Virus record (IMG/VR): IMGVR_UViG_3300032123_000052
Span: 144,086 to 208,085 of that record
DNA: 64,000 nucleotides
Direction: 5' to 3' (one strand)
Source: a virus
Lineage: Duplodnaviria > Caudoviricetes
The notes under the pieces were generated by a model that searched no databases, was not told the DNA's origin, and worked only from the letters and a program-made list of their open reading frames with translations. Positions 46,184 through 57,108 of the stretch are shown piece by piece; the first letter of the stretch is position 1; each line of letters begins with the position of its first letter. The translations under genes and the position numbers were made by a program.

Positions 46184-49100
46184 ATGCCTCCTCCTGAATC
46201 CGGATATGGGCCAGTCAATTATGCTCGCCCGGGTAGCATAGACCCGTTTGCCGCATTTGATAATCGTATTCGTTACAACGATATGATTCGTCAACAAATG
46301 GTCTCGCAATATCAACAGTCTACTGTCCAGCCGAAATCAATGACACTTGGGATGCAACGACACGTTGCACAGGATCCCCGGTTCCAATATGGAGTCCCGG
46401 GTGGACAAGATCCCCGCCATTACCAGAGACAGGCCCAGCTAAGACAGATGGGAGTAGGAACCGCGATTGCTAAGACGGCAATGGATATAGGAGCATGGGA
46501 AGCGGGTGCTGGTGTCGCTGCAGGGTTGAAGGCAGTAGGAATGGGTTTTTTCGGGTCGGGCATTGCTGTCCCTGCGATTGCCGCTGGAGCTGCATTATAC
46601 ATGCCTATGCGTGGAATAAGCAATGCTATGGAGCGTCAGAGTTTCATGCATGGCATGGCTGCTGATATTGAACAGTACCGTGATACCCTTGGATTTAGTG
46701 GCGGATTATCATACAAGCAGACAACCAACCTTGCGGGGAGGATGCAGCGCAACATGTATCAGGGTGGTTTCTTTAATAAAGATCAGCAATCCCAAATACA
46801 CAAAATAGCGTTGTCAAATAATATGATATCCGCAAAGGGTAGTGGCGCCACAGCGGGTACGATGCGCCAGTATGAGAAAAATTTTGAAGATCTGAAGGAG
46901 ACAACTGAAGAGGTTGTTAAACTGATGCAGACTACGATTGAAGGTGGCATGTCTGTAATCAAAGAGCTTCAGCAAACCGGTTTCGGCACAATGCGCCAAG
47001 TGAAGCAACAGGTCAGGCAGGCTAAGGCATTCGGCGGTATTACTGGAATGGGTGCACAGAATATGATGTTACAGGGTGCTGCTGGCGCGCAGGCCGTTCA
47101 AGGAACCCCATGGGCAGCTAATGTTGGTGCGACCATGTATCAGACTGGTGCCGCACAGGCATCATATATGTCACGCATGGGCTCTGCTGGTGCGTATGCG
47201 GTACAGCGAGTTGGTGGCGTGGCTGCGGCTGGAGGTGTTCTTGCTAATGCGCAAATGAACGTTCTTTCTTCAGGCATGGGAACGAAGGCTGTTGCCTACA
47301 CCATGAGTGCCGATGGTACTGTCGATCAAGATCGTATGGCACGATTGATGGGTGGAAAAGTTGGCGCATACGAAATGGTCGTTGGTGCGAGCCAGCGTGG
47401 ATATGCTATGGGTATATCTGGTCGTGTTCTCTTTGAGAGAAACAAAGAGGACGCTCTTAACAATATGTCTGATATGGGTAGAACCCAGATGACCAATAAG
47501 ATATTTCAGGCGTGGGGAAGAGGAAGATTCGGCAATGTCGAAGCGAAGGCATGGGCATTTGCCGGACAGTTCACCAATGATCAGAGGTCACAGAGATTGT
47601 TTGCAGAGAACCTGACAAGACCAAAAGGGTTTGATGAGCAGTTTGGCGGGATGCAGGAAACGAGAGCAACTCTTACACAGCCGTCTGTCAAAAGACCATT
47701 AGGCCCTGTTGGAAGAGCGGTGGTAGGGACTGCTGGTGCTATTGGTGGAGCGTTCGATATGTTTGGTGAAGATGTTGTTTATCAGTCTGGAAGAGCAATT
47801 GGCGGGCTTTCTAAAGCATGGATGGATATTAAAAAGGGTGCTGGTGGCTTTGTCGAAGACGCACTGCAGGTTGCCGGGATTTATGATGAATATGGTGGTA
47901 TTAACCGAGCCACAACAGCCGATCCGGCTGCAGCAATAAGAAACCAGTATGCCATGGGGGTAAGCGCTAGTAGGGCTGGTATGGCTCAGCTTGCCCAGAG
48001 TTCACCCGCAACAATACAGAGATTGAGAAATATTAAGAAGGTGGATTTGAACTTCAATGTTGGTGCTATGATGAGGAAGGATCCGAACCAACTTGCTTAT
48101 GCATATCAGCAGATAGGTGCGGCAATGAACACTGGGACAATGGCTGATATTTATAGAAACGATAAGGTTACCAGAATACTCGGCGCGGCTCCGGGAAGTG
48201 AAATGCTCAAGCTTCTTCAAACAAACCCTCTTGGGGTTGGCAACACATTCCTTGGCCAGGCGAACCAATTCCGTACCAGCGTAAGTAAAAATTATGAGCT
48301 GGCAACTACTGAGTTCGATAGGATAATGACGCGGCTCCCTAAAGCGACTCAAGAAAAAATGCTTGATATGAAATTAAATGCTCGAGCAACATATGATCTT
48401 CTTGGTACACATGCTACAAATATCAGTATTGGTAAAAATAAAACACAGGGGATTGGTACCGGCGCAGCATCTGATTTAGTTATGAAAGTGGCTCGGGCTG
48501 AGGCTGAGCGTGAAGGTTCTGAAAAAATGGGGGCAAAATTTAATGAAGTCTCTACTAATCTTGAGCCGTTTCGCAAAGCTCGTAGAGAAGGTATATATGG
48601 CGCTCTCGGATTTGAAATGGAAGAAAGGGTTTATGCAAGTAATAAAGAGGGAATTGTAACGAAGCAAATGGTTGAGACTGCCGCTACTCGCAGAAGAAAA
48701 AAAGGAATCAAGAAAGTTCTTGGTAAAGAATTCCGCATGGACACCCCGGAAGCTCAGATGGAGGTTTACGAAGAAATAGAGCGGCTTCGTGAAACCAGAG
48801 ATTATGCAAAGCTTGGTAAGCTTGCTCCGATATTGTCAGGTGAGAAAGACGCTAATGCTATGTATTTTTACTCGAAAGGAAAAGGTGCATGGCAGGATGA
48901 TAAAAAAGCAGCCACAACAGCAATTAAAGATGAGCAGCAAACTAATGCTTACAAAATAAGAATGTCAAAGGCTCAGCGGTCGATTGATACTCTTGAGGTT
49001 GGTATGGGCCAAAAGGTCACTGGTAAACAAAAGGGCTTTATAACTGACCTCCTCACTGAACAATTGTCTCCAGATCAGATTAAAAAACAAACTAGGTTCG

Positions 49101-49510
49101 GTGGCAAAGGTATCGTTAACATGCTTGCTGGTCTCACCGGAACGTCTGTCGATGTGATAAAAGATCAGATTAAGAGTGGATCGTTATCAAGATTTGTTGC
49201 GGGTAGTGACGCAGCTCAAACAAGACAAGACACAAGCAATGGTGTCGATAAGGCTCGCTCTGATCTTGCTGAATGGCAGGATAGAAAGCGTCTGCTTGAT
49301 AATACCAATAAGGGCTTTATTAAAGAAGATGGTGAAAAAATTAAAGCAAAACAAATTAATATGGAACTTCTGAAAGCACAGGAAGAGTATGACAAACTGA
49401 GGGGGGTAACCCCTGAAATGGCATATCCAACAAGCTCTCGAGATAAAACAGCATACGCAAGCGTACAACCTCCAATACTGAATTATTGGAACAACAAATG
49501 GACACTTTAA
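46184..49510 (+). CDS. putative tape measure / large helical virion protein (1108 aa)
   Basis: A/G/Q/M-rich helical composition; first gene of the tail/baseplate block. Confidence 0.55.
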   Translation: MPPPESGYGPVNYARPGSIDPFAAFDNRIRYNDMIRQQMVSQYQQSTVQPKSMTLGMQRHVAQDPRFQYGVPGGQDPRHYQRQAQLRQMGVGTAIAKTAMDIGAWEAGAGVAAGLKAVGMGFFGSGIAVPAIAAGAALYMPMRGISNAMERQSFMHGMAADIEQYRDTLGFSGGLSYKQTTNLAGRMQRNMYQGGFFNKDQQSQIHKIALSNNMISAKGSGATAGTMRQYEKNFEDLKETTEEVVKLMQTTIEGGMSVIKELQQTGFGTMRQVKQQVRQAKAFGGITGMGAQNMMLQGAAGAQAVQGTPWAANVGATMYQTGAAQASYMSRMGSAGAYAVQRVGGVAAAGGVLANAQMNVLSSGMGTKAVAYTMSADGTVDQDRMARLMGGKVGAYEMVVGASQRGYAMGISGRVLFERNKEDALNNMSDMGRTQMTNKIFQAWGRGRFGNVEAKAWAFAGQFTNDQRSQRLFAENLTRPKGFDEQFGGMQETRATLTQPSVKRPLGPVGRAVVGTAGAIGGAFDMFGEDVVYQSGRAIGGLSKAWMDIKKGAGGFVEDALQVAGIYDEYGGINRATTADPAAAIRNQYAMGVSASRAGMAQLAQSSPATIQRLRNIKKVDLNFNVGAMMRKDPNQLAYAYQQIGAAMNTGTMADIYRNDKVTRILGAAPGSEMLKLLQTNPLGVGNTFLGQANQFRTSVSKNYELATTEFDRIMTRLPKATQEKMLDMKLNARATYDLLGTHATNISIGKNKTQGIGTGAASDLVMKVARAEAEREGSEKMGAKFNEVSTNLEPFRKARREGIYGALGFEMEERVYASNKEGIVTKQMVETAATRRRKKGIKKVLGKEFRMDTPEAQMEVYEEIERLRETRDYAKLGKLAPILSGEKDANAMYFYSKGKGAWQDDKKAATTAIKDEQQTNAYKIRMSKAQRSIDTLEVGMGQKVTGKQKGFITDLLTEQLSPDQIKKQTRFGGKGIVNMLAGLTGTSVDVIKDQIKSGSLSRFVAGSDAAQTRQDTSNGVDKARSDLAEWQDRKRLLDNTNKGFIKEDGEKIKAKQINMELLKAQEEYDKLRGVTPEMAYPTSSRDKTAYASVQPPILNYWNNKWTL

Positions 49511-49522
49511 AGGAGCGTTACT

Positions 49523-50392
49523 ATGCCACCGCGTTTACCAAATGAGTTCTTAACTTCCTCTATCGACAACAAGGTACGCCCGTACACTGTCGGCACAACA
49601 GAGCATGATGGAACAGTTGCATCTATAATTCTTTATACAACATCGCAAGGGTTTGTTTCTGATGATGCCCTCAAGACAAATGACTATCTGGTTGATTTGT
49701 CGATGAGTATATCTGAATTGGAGGCTGGGGCGATCAGTGGAGATGTGTCATCCCCACCATCAATACCTGGTGGGAAGGTTGCTTTAATTTCTCTTGATGG
49801 AAAGGCGCCAAATAATTATTATGGGGTATTTAACAATTTCTCTTTGATTAATGTTCGGGAGGCACATGGTGAAATAGTAAAACTCCATCAAAATTTTTCT
49901 AATGGTTGGAACGCATTCTTCTTTGGGGAGAAGCCCGCCATCTACAGTTTTTCAGGTATATTTCTTGATACGAAAGAATATCCATATTACCAAGAATTCA
50001 TGATTGCATACGAGAAATATTTGCGTGGCCGTCGTGCTGTTGAAAACAATATGCAATTGAAGATAATATATGATGGAAAAATCATTGACGGCTATATGCT
50101 TAATATAGAAACAACTACAACTGGAGATTCGGAACAAAGTAAGTCTTTTACCTTCTCAGTTCTGGTAAGAAAATCAAATTGGATTAGAATAAATCTCATG
50201 CCTATTTACTCGGCTAATGCAAAAGGGTTTATCAATGTGGCTGAATTCAATGGTATGAGGAATGCGGCAAGGCTGTCTGGTGAATTCTTGGCTGGTACTA
50301 TTGAAACCGCCATGCTTGATGAGAATATTCCTGATGGATTTATAACTGAAACAGCCTCAACAAAAATGCAACCAAACAAAAGTACAAGTTAA
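49523..50392 (+). CDS. putative baseplate/tail-tube initiator protein
   Basis: Position and tube-like beta pattern (FFFGEKPAIYSFSG..GYMLN..FTFSVLV). Confidence 0.4.
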   Translation: MPPRLPNEFLTSSIDNKVRPYTVGTTEHDGTVASIILYTTSQGFVSDDALKTNDYLVDLSMSISELEAGAISGDVSSPPSIPGGKVALISLDGKAPNNYYGVFNNFSLINVREAHGEIVKLHQNFSNGWNAFFFGEKPAIYSFSGIFLDTKEYPYYQEFMIAYEKYLRGRRAVENNMQLKIIYDGKIIDGYMLNIETTTTGDSEQSKSFTFSVLVRKSNWIRINLMPIYSANAKGFINVAEFNGMRNAARLSGEFLAGTIETAMLDENIPDGFITETASTKMQPNKSTS

Positions 50393-50393
50393 T

Positions 50394-53360
50394 ATGGCTG
50401 AAAAAAAAGGCTTTAATTATTTATTCAAAATGTTTCTTGAAGGAATTGCCGTTCCTTTTAAAAGCGCCACTATTGTATGTACCCCAAATGGCCAAGAAGC
50501 GAATATTAATGTGTATTCCAATAAGGAGCTTCTTAATTTAAAACCTAAAACAGCTGTACAGATATTCTATCGTGAATGGGTATCGAAGAAGGGTAAGCCA
50601 AAATGGCAATTAATGTTTGATGGTTTTTTTTCGAGTTTCTATAAAACAGACCAAGCTACCGAGGGAAGGGGAATGGGGCTGGTGTGTCGTGACTTCCGTA
50701 TGGATATACGCCGCGCGCCGGCTGCAATAGCATGGGAAGCTGCTGATTCATTAACTACACGTAACTTTTATAATTCGATGGGAATATTTCAGACATTCGT
50801 TATAAAAGGGAAGACACAAAAACAAGGGACTGATATCCGAGTATTTGACAATACCGGCCTGGCGCCATTGAGTTATACTCTCGGGCTTATTGCTGGTAGC
50901 GCCGGATACAGCAGGAAGTCAAATAAAACGAAACAAACGAAAAAGCCAACTACTGTTATTGAAGACGTTGGCACTGTATCAGAGCAGGTCGCCAAGATAC
51001 AGGCTGAAGAAAAAGCGAATAAAACACAGAAGAATGGTCAAGATGCATATTCTGCCGAATTTGCTAGTGCAACCCCATCAGATAACGGTGTTGCCAACTG
51101 TGGGTTTTATCTTGACGCACTCATCAGGGGCATGTGGCTTGAGGCGGTTGGTGGAACTGCGGTTGGTACATTTCTTAATAAGCGTATTCGTATTGACAAA
51201 CGTTTTCTTGTTCCGGTAAACAAAGCAGGGTATAATTTTTGGAGTAAACAGAGCGGCAGTGTTCACATCGGTTCTCATCTTATGGGCAACTCTCGTTTCT
51301 CGAGCCTCGAATCAGCCATCATGAGACTGGCAGGGGCATTTTCTACTCGAGTATATTCTTGCAGCTCACCATCACTGATACCGATTGGTGATAAAGCTGA
51401 CGGTGTTCCCAATGATGCTGTTGATCATGTAATAGATTTGGGGGTAAGGAAGTTCCTGGTAGACAGAGCTTCCGCTGAATTTGGTGGTAAATATATTCTC
51501 AATGAATCAATGCTACTTCCACCACTTGAGTTCACTGCTCCTCCTAATTGCAACTTATTGTTCCCTCCAATGTATGATCGTGTAGAATGGCAATATGATA
51601 TTGATGCCGATGCCACGCGTGGTTATTTTGATCAGGTCCACTTGCTATCGACGCCTGGTGGAAATTCTCTTGCTTCTCCAAGTGTACAGGTTCCAAACGC
51701 ACTGTTTAATCTAATGAATGATGATAGCGATCAAGCCAAGGACACATCAAAGTCGCAAGGTAAATTGGATGGCACAAATAGTATTGATCAGAATGTCGCC
51801 GCCGCAATCAAATTGAATAAACAGGAAAGTGCTGGTAAAAAGAACGCTGCCAAATCCAAATCAAAGAAAACTCGCGGAAAAGACCGGTATGGTAGGATAA
51901 AACCACCACTTACTCTTGAAGAACGATATAAAGGAATCAATGTTGTATTTGGAAGTGTGTCTCATGAGTTGGCGATGAATGACGCTCTGAAGACTGTAAA
52001 AAACAGGAGTGCAAATAAGGTTGCGAGAGAGAGGTTGGATAAAGAAATAGCAAAGTTAGAAACCGCAAAGGATAATGTGGTTGGTGTTTTAAAAACAAGT
52101 GGTGACATATTTGGTATAAAAGGATCTAAGATTCTTGCTGAAAAAGTTAAATCAGTGAAGAAAAAGATTGAAGACAAGCGTGCTGCAAGAAGTAAGATAA
52201 AGGGCCAACGTGGCATTACAAATAAAACAAAAAATGCTTTAAAACATCACGCGTTATTAAAATTTTTGAATAGAAAATATGCTGGAAGGGTTGTTACAGT
52301 TGATATGGCTTTTAACCCATATATCATGTGTGGGTTCCCTGGTGTGGTAATTGCCGATGATATGGGATACGGCGGAGAATCAATGAAGAGTATTGTTGGT
52401 ATGGTCCAGCAGGTAAAGCATACCATATTAATTACTCCGCAATCGGGTGAAGCAAACACATCTATTGTTATGAATAACGCCCGGTTTGAAGATGAGTCAA
52501 CAGATATGAATGCATATGGTACTCCATTATACATGAAAGCGACTGTTGCCAAAGAAGCTGAGATTGATCTTGAAACATTGGAATATAAAAAAGATTATTT
52601 TATCCCTGAACCAAAGGCGCCGGTAAAGCGCATTCTCAATTCAGATTATTATGATTTGGATGAGGATCTGGAGGGTGGCGAGTATGTATATGCAAAAGAC
52701 CTATTAAGTTTAACTGCTGGGGATATAGCAAAAGGAAAGCGCAATCAAATTTATATTGATGAAGAGTATGGGCCGACTAGAATAGCAAAATTCTATCGCG
52801 ATGTTTTTCAACACAACAAGTTGCATTTCATGATTGGGAGCGAGCCAGACCTCAATGACAATAAGAAAAGAATACACTTCATGTATGACACAATACACGA
52901 AGCGCTTCAAGCAATTCCGATAAATAGCCCGGAAGTTCTTCACAACTATGAGGCTTGTGTCGAATATGTAAAAAGGAATGTGTGTTCGGCAGATGCATTT
53001 TTTCAGGGTATACTTGGATTATCAATAAAAGACAAAGTTACAGATGCTGAAGGTAACAAGATGAATGAATATGTTAACCATTCTGATCTTGGTGAATCAA
53101 TGAATATAGAAATTCTCTTCAATGACCATATAGTACATGATAGATATTATGGGATAACGACTACAGATTGGGATAGCGGGAATATTGACGGTCTGAAAAA
53201 AGAAAAGGGTGGCACAATGACTGAGCCTGGCCAATTCAGCAGTATCCGTGAGCACATGCCGATTACTGCTTTCATTCAAGAGCGTAGAAACGCCGTTGAG
53301 ATATATGCGGCTAAAGTTTTGCAGCGGATAAGCGGAACACAATATGCGCCAGTTTACTAA
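50394..53360 (+). CDS. putative baseplate hub protein (988 aa)
   Basis: Position; N-terminal MFLEGIAVPF..., GFPGVVI motif typical of hub proteins (recalled, not searched). Confidence 0.45.
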   Translation: MAEKKGFNYLFKMFLEGIAVPFKSATIVCTPNGQEANINVYSNKELLNLKPKTAVQIFYREWVSKKGKPKWQLMFDGFFSSFYKTDQATEGRGMGLVCRDFRMDIRRAPAAIAWEAADSLTTRNFYNSMGIFQTFVIKGKTQKQGTDIRVFDNTGLAPLSYTLGLIAGSAGYSRKSNKTKQTKKPTTVIEDVGTVSEQVAKIQAEEKANKTQKNGQDAYSAEFASATPSDNGVANCGFYLDALIRGMWLEAVGGTAVGTFLNKRIRIDKRFLVPVNKAGYNFWSKQSGSVHIGSHLMGNSRFSSLESAIMRLAGAFSTRVYSCSSPSLIPIGDKADGVPNDAVDHVIDLGVRKFLVDRASAEFGGKYILNESMLLPPLEFTAPPNCNLLFPPMYDRVEWQYDIDADATRGYFDQVHLLSTPGGNSLASPSVQVPNALFNLMNDDSDQAKDTSKSQGKLDGTNSIDQNVAAAIKLNKQESAGKKNAAKSKSKKTRGKDRYGRIKPPLTLEERYKGINVVFGSVSHELAMNDALKTVKNRSANKVARERLDKEIAKLETAKDNVVGVLKTSGDIFGIKGSKILAEKVKSVKKKIEDKRAARSKIKGQRGITNKTKNALKHHALLKFLNRKYAGRVVTVDMAFNPYIMCGFPGVVIADDMGYGGESMKSIVGMVQQVKHTILITPQSGEANTSIVMNNARFEDESTDMNAYGTPLYMKATVAKEAEIDLETLEYKKDYFIPEPKAPVKRILNSDYYDLDEDLEGGEYVYAKDLLSLTAGDIAKGKRNQIYIDEEYGPTRIAKFYRDVFQHNKLHFMIGSEPDLNDNKKRIHFMYDTIHEALQAIPINSPEVLHNYEACVEYVKRNVCSADAFFQGILGLSIKDKVTDAEGNKMNEYVNHSDLGESMNIEILFNDHIVHDRYYGITTTDWDSGNIDGLKKEKGGTMTEPGQFSSIREHMPITAFIQERRNAVEIYAAKVLQRISGTQYAPVY

Positions 53361-53422
53361 AAAGGAGAGATTATGATAACGCCTGAGGTTTTAAAAGCAT
53401 TTGGCAAACATAAGGAGCGGTT

Positions 53423-53593
53423 ATGACACGCGAAGAAATTTATAATGCGGCATTTCACGATGAGTTAAGGAAGATCGCCGAAACGGTGAAGAATATGCAG
53501 CCTGGATCAAATGTCCTCCAAATGAAAAAGAAGGTAAAAACCGCAATGGTCGGAAAAGAGAAAAAACCAGTAACGGTACCAACAGAAGTTTAA
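53423..53593 (+). CDS. microprotein with IYxAAFxxELxKIA motif (56 aa, not in track)
   Basis: AAGGAG RBS; MTREEIYNAAFHDELRKIA... Confidence 0.6.
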   Translation: MTREEIYNAAFHDELRKIAETVKNMQPGSNVLQMKKKVKTAMVGKEKKPVTVPTEV

Positions 53594-53598
53594 TTATT

Positions 53599-54291
53599 AT
53601 GTCAACTGATCAAGAGAACATACTGCAATGGCAGGAGACGAAAGATCCGCAATTATTTGCCGATCTTGTTGTAAGATATCAGCCAATAGTCAATAAGGTT
53701 GTTGGGCAATATCGTACCGTTGGAACATCTCCTGCCACGTTGCGTGCTGAGGCTACCACTCAACTCATCAAGTCTTTCAAGACTTATGATCCGAAGCATG
53801 GTACCCAGCCGACCACACATGTATGGAACAATCTGAAGAAGGTCCAGCGCGTTGCATCTGAGTCTCTTATGTCCGGTCATGTGCCTGAGAATCGCGCACT
53901 AAAACGATCGACATTTACTATTACCAGAGACAATCTGGAGGACCGGCTCGGAAGAGAACCGAGTACATCTGAGATGGCTGATGAGATAGGATGGAACCAG
54001 AAAGAGGTTGCTCGTATGTCTCATGAGTTGGGCGGTGAGGCAACAGCGTCAAAAGCTTCTTTTGAGTTTTATGGTAATGCGATAACAAAAGAACAGCCTG
54101 ATAAAGCGCTGGTTGATTATATGTACTTCGATGTGTCAGGCCCTGAAAAAGTTATACTTGAGCATACGTTCGGCTATGCCGGCAAGTCGATATTGAATAA
54201 TAAACAGATTGCGAAGAAGCTTCATAAAAATGAGATGTGGGTCCATCGGGCAAAACAGAGGTTATCGAAGAAGGCGCAGTCCTATAGATAG
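53599..54291 (+). CDS. phage sigma-70-family (FliA/SigF-like) sigma factor
   Basis: LVVRYQPIV..., LIKSFKTYDPKHGTQPTTHVW (region 2), LGREPSTSEMADEIG (region 3), C-terminal HTH. Confidence 0.9.
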   Translation: MSTDQENILQWQETKDPQLFADLVVRYQPIVNKVVGQYRTVGTSPATLRAEATTQLIKSFKTYDPKHGTQPTTHVWNNLKKVQRVASESLMSGHVPENRALKRSTFTITRDNLEDRLGREPSTSEMADEIGWNQKEVARMSHELGGEATASKASFEFYGNAITKEQPDKALVDYMYFDVSGPEKVILEHTFGYAGKSILNNKQIAKKLHKNEMWVHRAKQRLSKKAQSYR

Positions 54292-54366
54292 GGATAGGGA
54301 TTGGGCTTGCTGCTATTAAAATGACTGCTGGTTATAAAAAGAATGGGAAACAAAATGGAGGTTAAT

Positions 54367-54447
54367 ATGTATAAAGAGATTTATCAAGCAGCCTTTAAAA
54401 ATGAGCTTATAAAGATTGCTGGCAATATTTCTGAAAATAATGGTTAA
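54367..54447 (+). CDS. microprotein with IYxAAFxxELxKIA motif (26 aa, not in track)
   Basis: GGAGG RBS; MYKEIYQAAFKNELIKIAGNISENNG*. Confidence 0.55.
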   Translation: MYKEIYQAAFKNELIKIAGNISENNG

Positions 54448-54535
54448 ATTTGTAGAAAAGCTTAATATACCAATGGAAGTTATTAATAGAAGAAAATATG
54501 GATTTTGTGATGCTTTAAAAATAAAGGAATAATTA

Positions 54536-56617
54536 ATGCCTCCTCCAAAACAAGCATGCGAAACAATTCTCAACATTCAACTTGCGACTGTTAAGATTAT
54601 TAAACGTGTGCGGGAGATTTCTGAAAATCTCCGTACGCTACTTGAGAATAAATCCAAATTAAAGTACGGTATTATTAACTTGCTTGATGTGCTTGGCGCA
54701 GAGATGCTGACAGCCATAACCACTGTTGCCGCATCGACTGCAAAAGCGATTCTCGGCGCTGTATCCGGGATGGCGAGTGTATTACTCGAGTCGATCCTAT
54801 CTTCGGTTCTTAAAATACTCCTGGCAAATCCTACTGCTATATTTTCTCTTGTCGCTATTCCACATTGCCAAGCTGTGAAGGCTGTTCAGGAAGAGAGAAA
54901 CTTTCTTCAACGCGCTCGTAGGAATATGCGTACAATACTTTTTATAATCTTGAAATGGACACAAGGGGTGGGTGGTGCCAGGTTTTATGAACAAATAAAG
55001 TCGGCACTTCCTTATATTCAGGCCGCAATAGCTTTATCTGTTGATATTATTCACGACCTTGAGGGCGATCCGTCTGAAGAAGGCGAGACAAGAAATGCCA
55101 GATTTAACGAATCAAAGTATCGGGCAATGCAGCGAAACCTGGAAGCGGCAATTGAAACTACAACACCAGACTCAATAGTTGATACCAAATTCCAGATTAC
55201 CAAAAAAGTTGAACAAAACCGAGAAAAGAAATACAGGGCGTTGGCTGAAAAAATAGAAGATGATTACGGCAAGAAGCGCAGAAATCTTTCTATATGGTAC
55301 AGCGAACGAGCTTTGGCGATAAGCCAGGACAGTGAAAGTATAGCTTCAGCTTTAAAAGAAGAGGGTTTACGCCATCAGTATGCGACCAGGAGAAAAATCC
55401 TTGAAACAGAACGAAAAGAAAAGCTACATGCAGCAGAGTTGGAAGCTGCGGCAAGTGCCTTGGTTGATAAGAGTGCATACTTGAACGCTATCGGCGGAGT
55501 CGCCGCCGAGTTCGCCAGTGATATCGAGATTCTTGGGCAAAACCTTTTTGAGTTCATTGACAATTTAAAAGATGCTTATTCTGCATACCGTCGTAGTCAG
55601 AATTTATGCCACGCAATATACATTATTAGAGATCTTATCACTAATCTGATTAACGAAGTTATTGATATGCTTCGTAAAACATCGAACGCCACAGCATCAG
55701 CAGCGATAAAATCATTTGAAACATCGCAATCTGTAATGGAAACGGTTGAAGACATGTTTAGTCAGGATGCCGCTAAATACGAAGATCCTACTCAAAAAGT
55801 AAGTTCTACCGAATTGGCTACCTCGGTGGCAACAGGCCATGCTATGCTATCATCAGCGGACGCACTACTTGACGGCACAATAACTCAAAGTCTGGTTGAT
55901 CTGATAAACTCTGATGATGTACTTCAGCTTGCAAATGAGGATTTCGAAAAGTTTCACCAGGCGCTTACCCAAATTCCTGATTGGGATGGGGAACTAGGAG
56001 TGTGGGCTGTATCTCCTACAGACGCAGAGATTAGCCCATATATCCAGATGATAGCGGACGCAACTACGGTTTTGGCAAAAGTACCGGTGCTTGCCATATC
56101 GAATGATGTTGATGACAGAGAAAAGGTAACCATGGTATTAAAAAGCCTCAACAACACTTTTAAAACGTTGATTAATCATAACTTTGTGGTGTCAAACACA
56201 CTAAATTCTTATGTTCCATATATGTCATCAGAAGCAGGCAATCTTATCCGAATTTTGGCAAACGCAGGATTGCTTGAAAATTTCGCAACAGCTATGAGTG
56301 TTGCAGCATTGGTGTCCGATATTGTAATATCAGTAATAAAGGGCGGGCTGGATGATACCATGCCGACATATGCTAATTGCCGTGCTGCCTTTCCAGAATT
56401 ATATAACAATGCGGAAGCTGCAGAAGCTGCCGCTCTTGGTAATGCAAATATCCGCCCGAAAGAAGTTGATTTGAATTATATATCAAGTATAGCTGAAAAG
56501 GAATTAGAGGTAATTGGTGTTAAGTCATATGTTGATAGCACCAATTTTTGGTCTTTGTTAGGCCAAGATGGCTTAACCGGACCTCCACCAGATTCGTTTG
56601 GAGAACCTGCAGGATAG
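54536..56617 (+). CDS. helical virion-associated hypothetical protein (693 aa)
   Basis: Long ORF in the baseplate block. Confidence 0.7.
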   Translation: MPPPKQACETILNIQLATVKIIKRVREISENLRTLLENKSKLKYGIINLLDVLGAEMLTAITTVAASTAKAILGAVSGMASVLLESILSSVLKILLANPTAIFSLVAIPHCQAVKAVQEERNFLQRARRNMRTILFIILKWTQGVGGARFYEQIKSALPYIQAAIALSVDIIHDLEGDPSEEGETRNARFNESKYRAMQRNLEAAIETTTPDSIVDTKFQITKKVEQNREKKYRALAEKIEDDYGKKRRNLSIWYSERALAISQDSESIASALKEEGLRHQYATRRKILETERKEKLHAAELEAAASALVDKSAYLNAIGGVAAEFASDIEILGQNLFEFIDNLKDAYSAYRRSQNLCHAIYIIRDLITNLINEVIDMLRKTSNATASAAIKSFETSQSVMETVEDMFSQDAAKYEDPTQKVSSTELATSVATGHAMLSSADALLDGTITQSLVDLINSDDVLQLANEDFEKFHQALTQIPDWDGELGVWAVSPTDAEISPYIQMIADATTVLAKVPVLAISNDVDDREKVTMVLKSLNNTFKTLINHNFVVSNTLNSYVPYMSSEAGNLIRILANAGLLENFATAMSVAALVSDIVISVIKGGLDDTMPTYANCRAAFPELYNNAEAAEAAALGNANIRPKEVDLNYISSIAEKELEVIGVKSYVDSTNFWSLLGQDGLTGPPPDSFGEPAG

Positions 56618-56661
56618 ATTAATCGATGGCTTTATAATGTTTTAATTATTATTTTGTTATT

Positions 56662-57105
56662 ATGGACATTGACTTCATTACAGATTTAAGAGACCAATTC
56701 AAAATTGGTATTGGTGATAACCCACAGGGCATTGAGGGTAATCGTGCACTATTAAATCGTTTTGAGATAACGTTTTTAACAAAAACGAAAATGTTTCTAT
56801 TTGGCGACAAAATGGTCGTTGATGAATACGCCGGAGATGCTGAAAAATATATTAACAGACCACAAGTATTAAATGATCCACAGAGCATAGCGGGCGGAAT
56901 AACTGTGTCGATTGATCAGACGGTGGCGGCAATGCAAAGTGACGAACCAGAAGGGATTCCTGATACTGAAAAGATTGCGAGTGCAGAACTTATCGATATA
57001 CAAATTATTGATGATGTGGTTTTTGCAAGAATACAGGTATCCCCTGTAGAAGTTGAACTATATCAAAATATGGTGTTCAACTTACCAATTATCAAAAGGG
57101 ATTAA
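56662..57105 (+). CDS. putative baseplate wedge subunit (gp25-like)
   Basis: 147 aa, precedes J-like gene; IEGNRALLNRFEITFLT pattern. Confidence 0.5.
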   Translation: MDIDFITDLRDQFKIGIGDNPQGIEGNRALLNRFEITFLTKTKMFLFGDKMVVDEYAGDAEKYINRPQVLNDPQSIAGGITVSIDQTVAAMQSDEPEGIPDTEKIASAELIDIQIIDDVVFARIQVSPVEVELYQNMVFNLPIIKRD

Positions 57106-57108
57106 GAT

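Noticed and set aside
53599-54291. Functional coupling of this sigma factor to the dead Cas12f-like protein (RNA-guided activation)
   Set aside because: 32 kb apart, opposite strand, and FliA/SigF-like rather than ECF; no sequence evidence of linkage.
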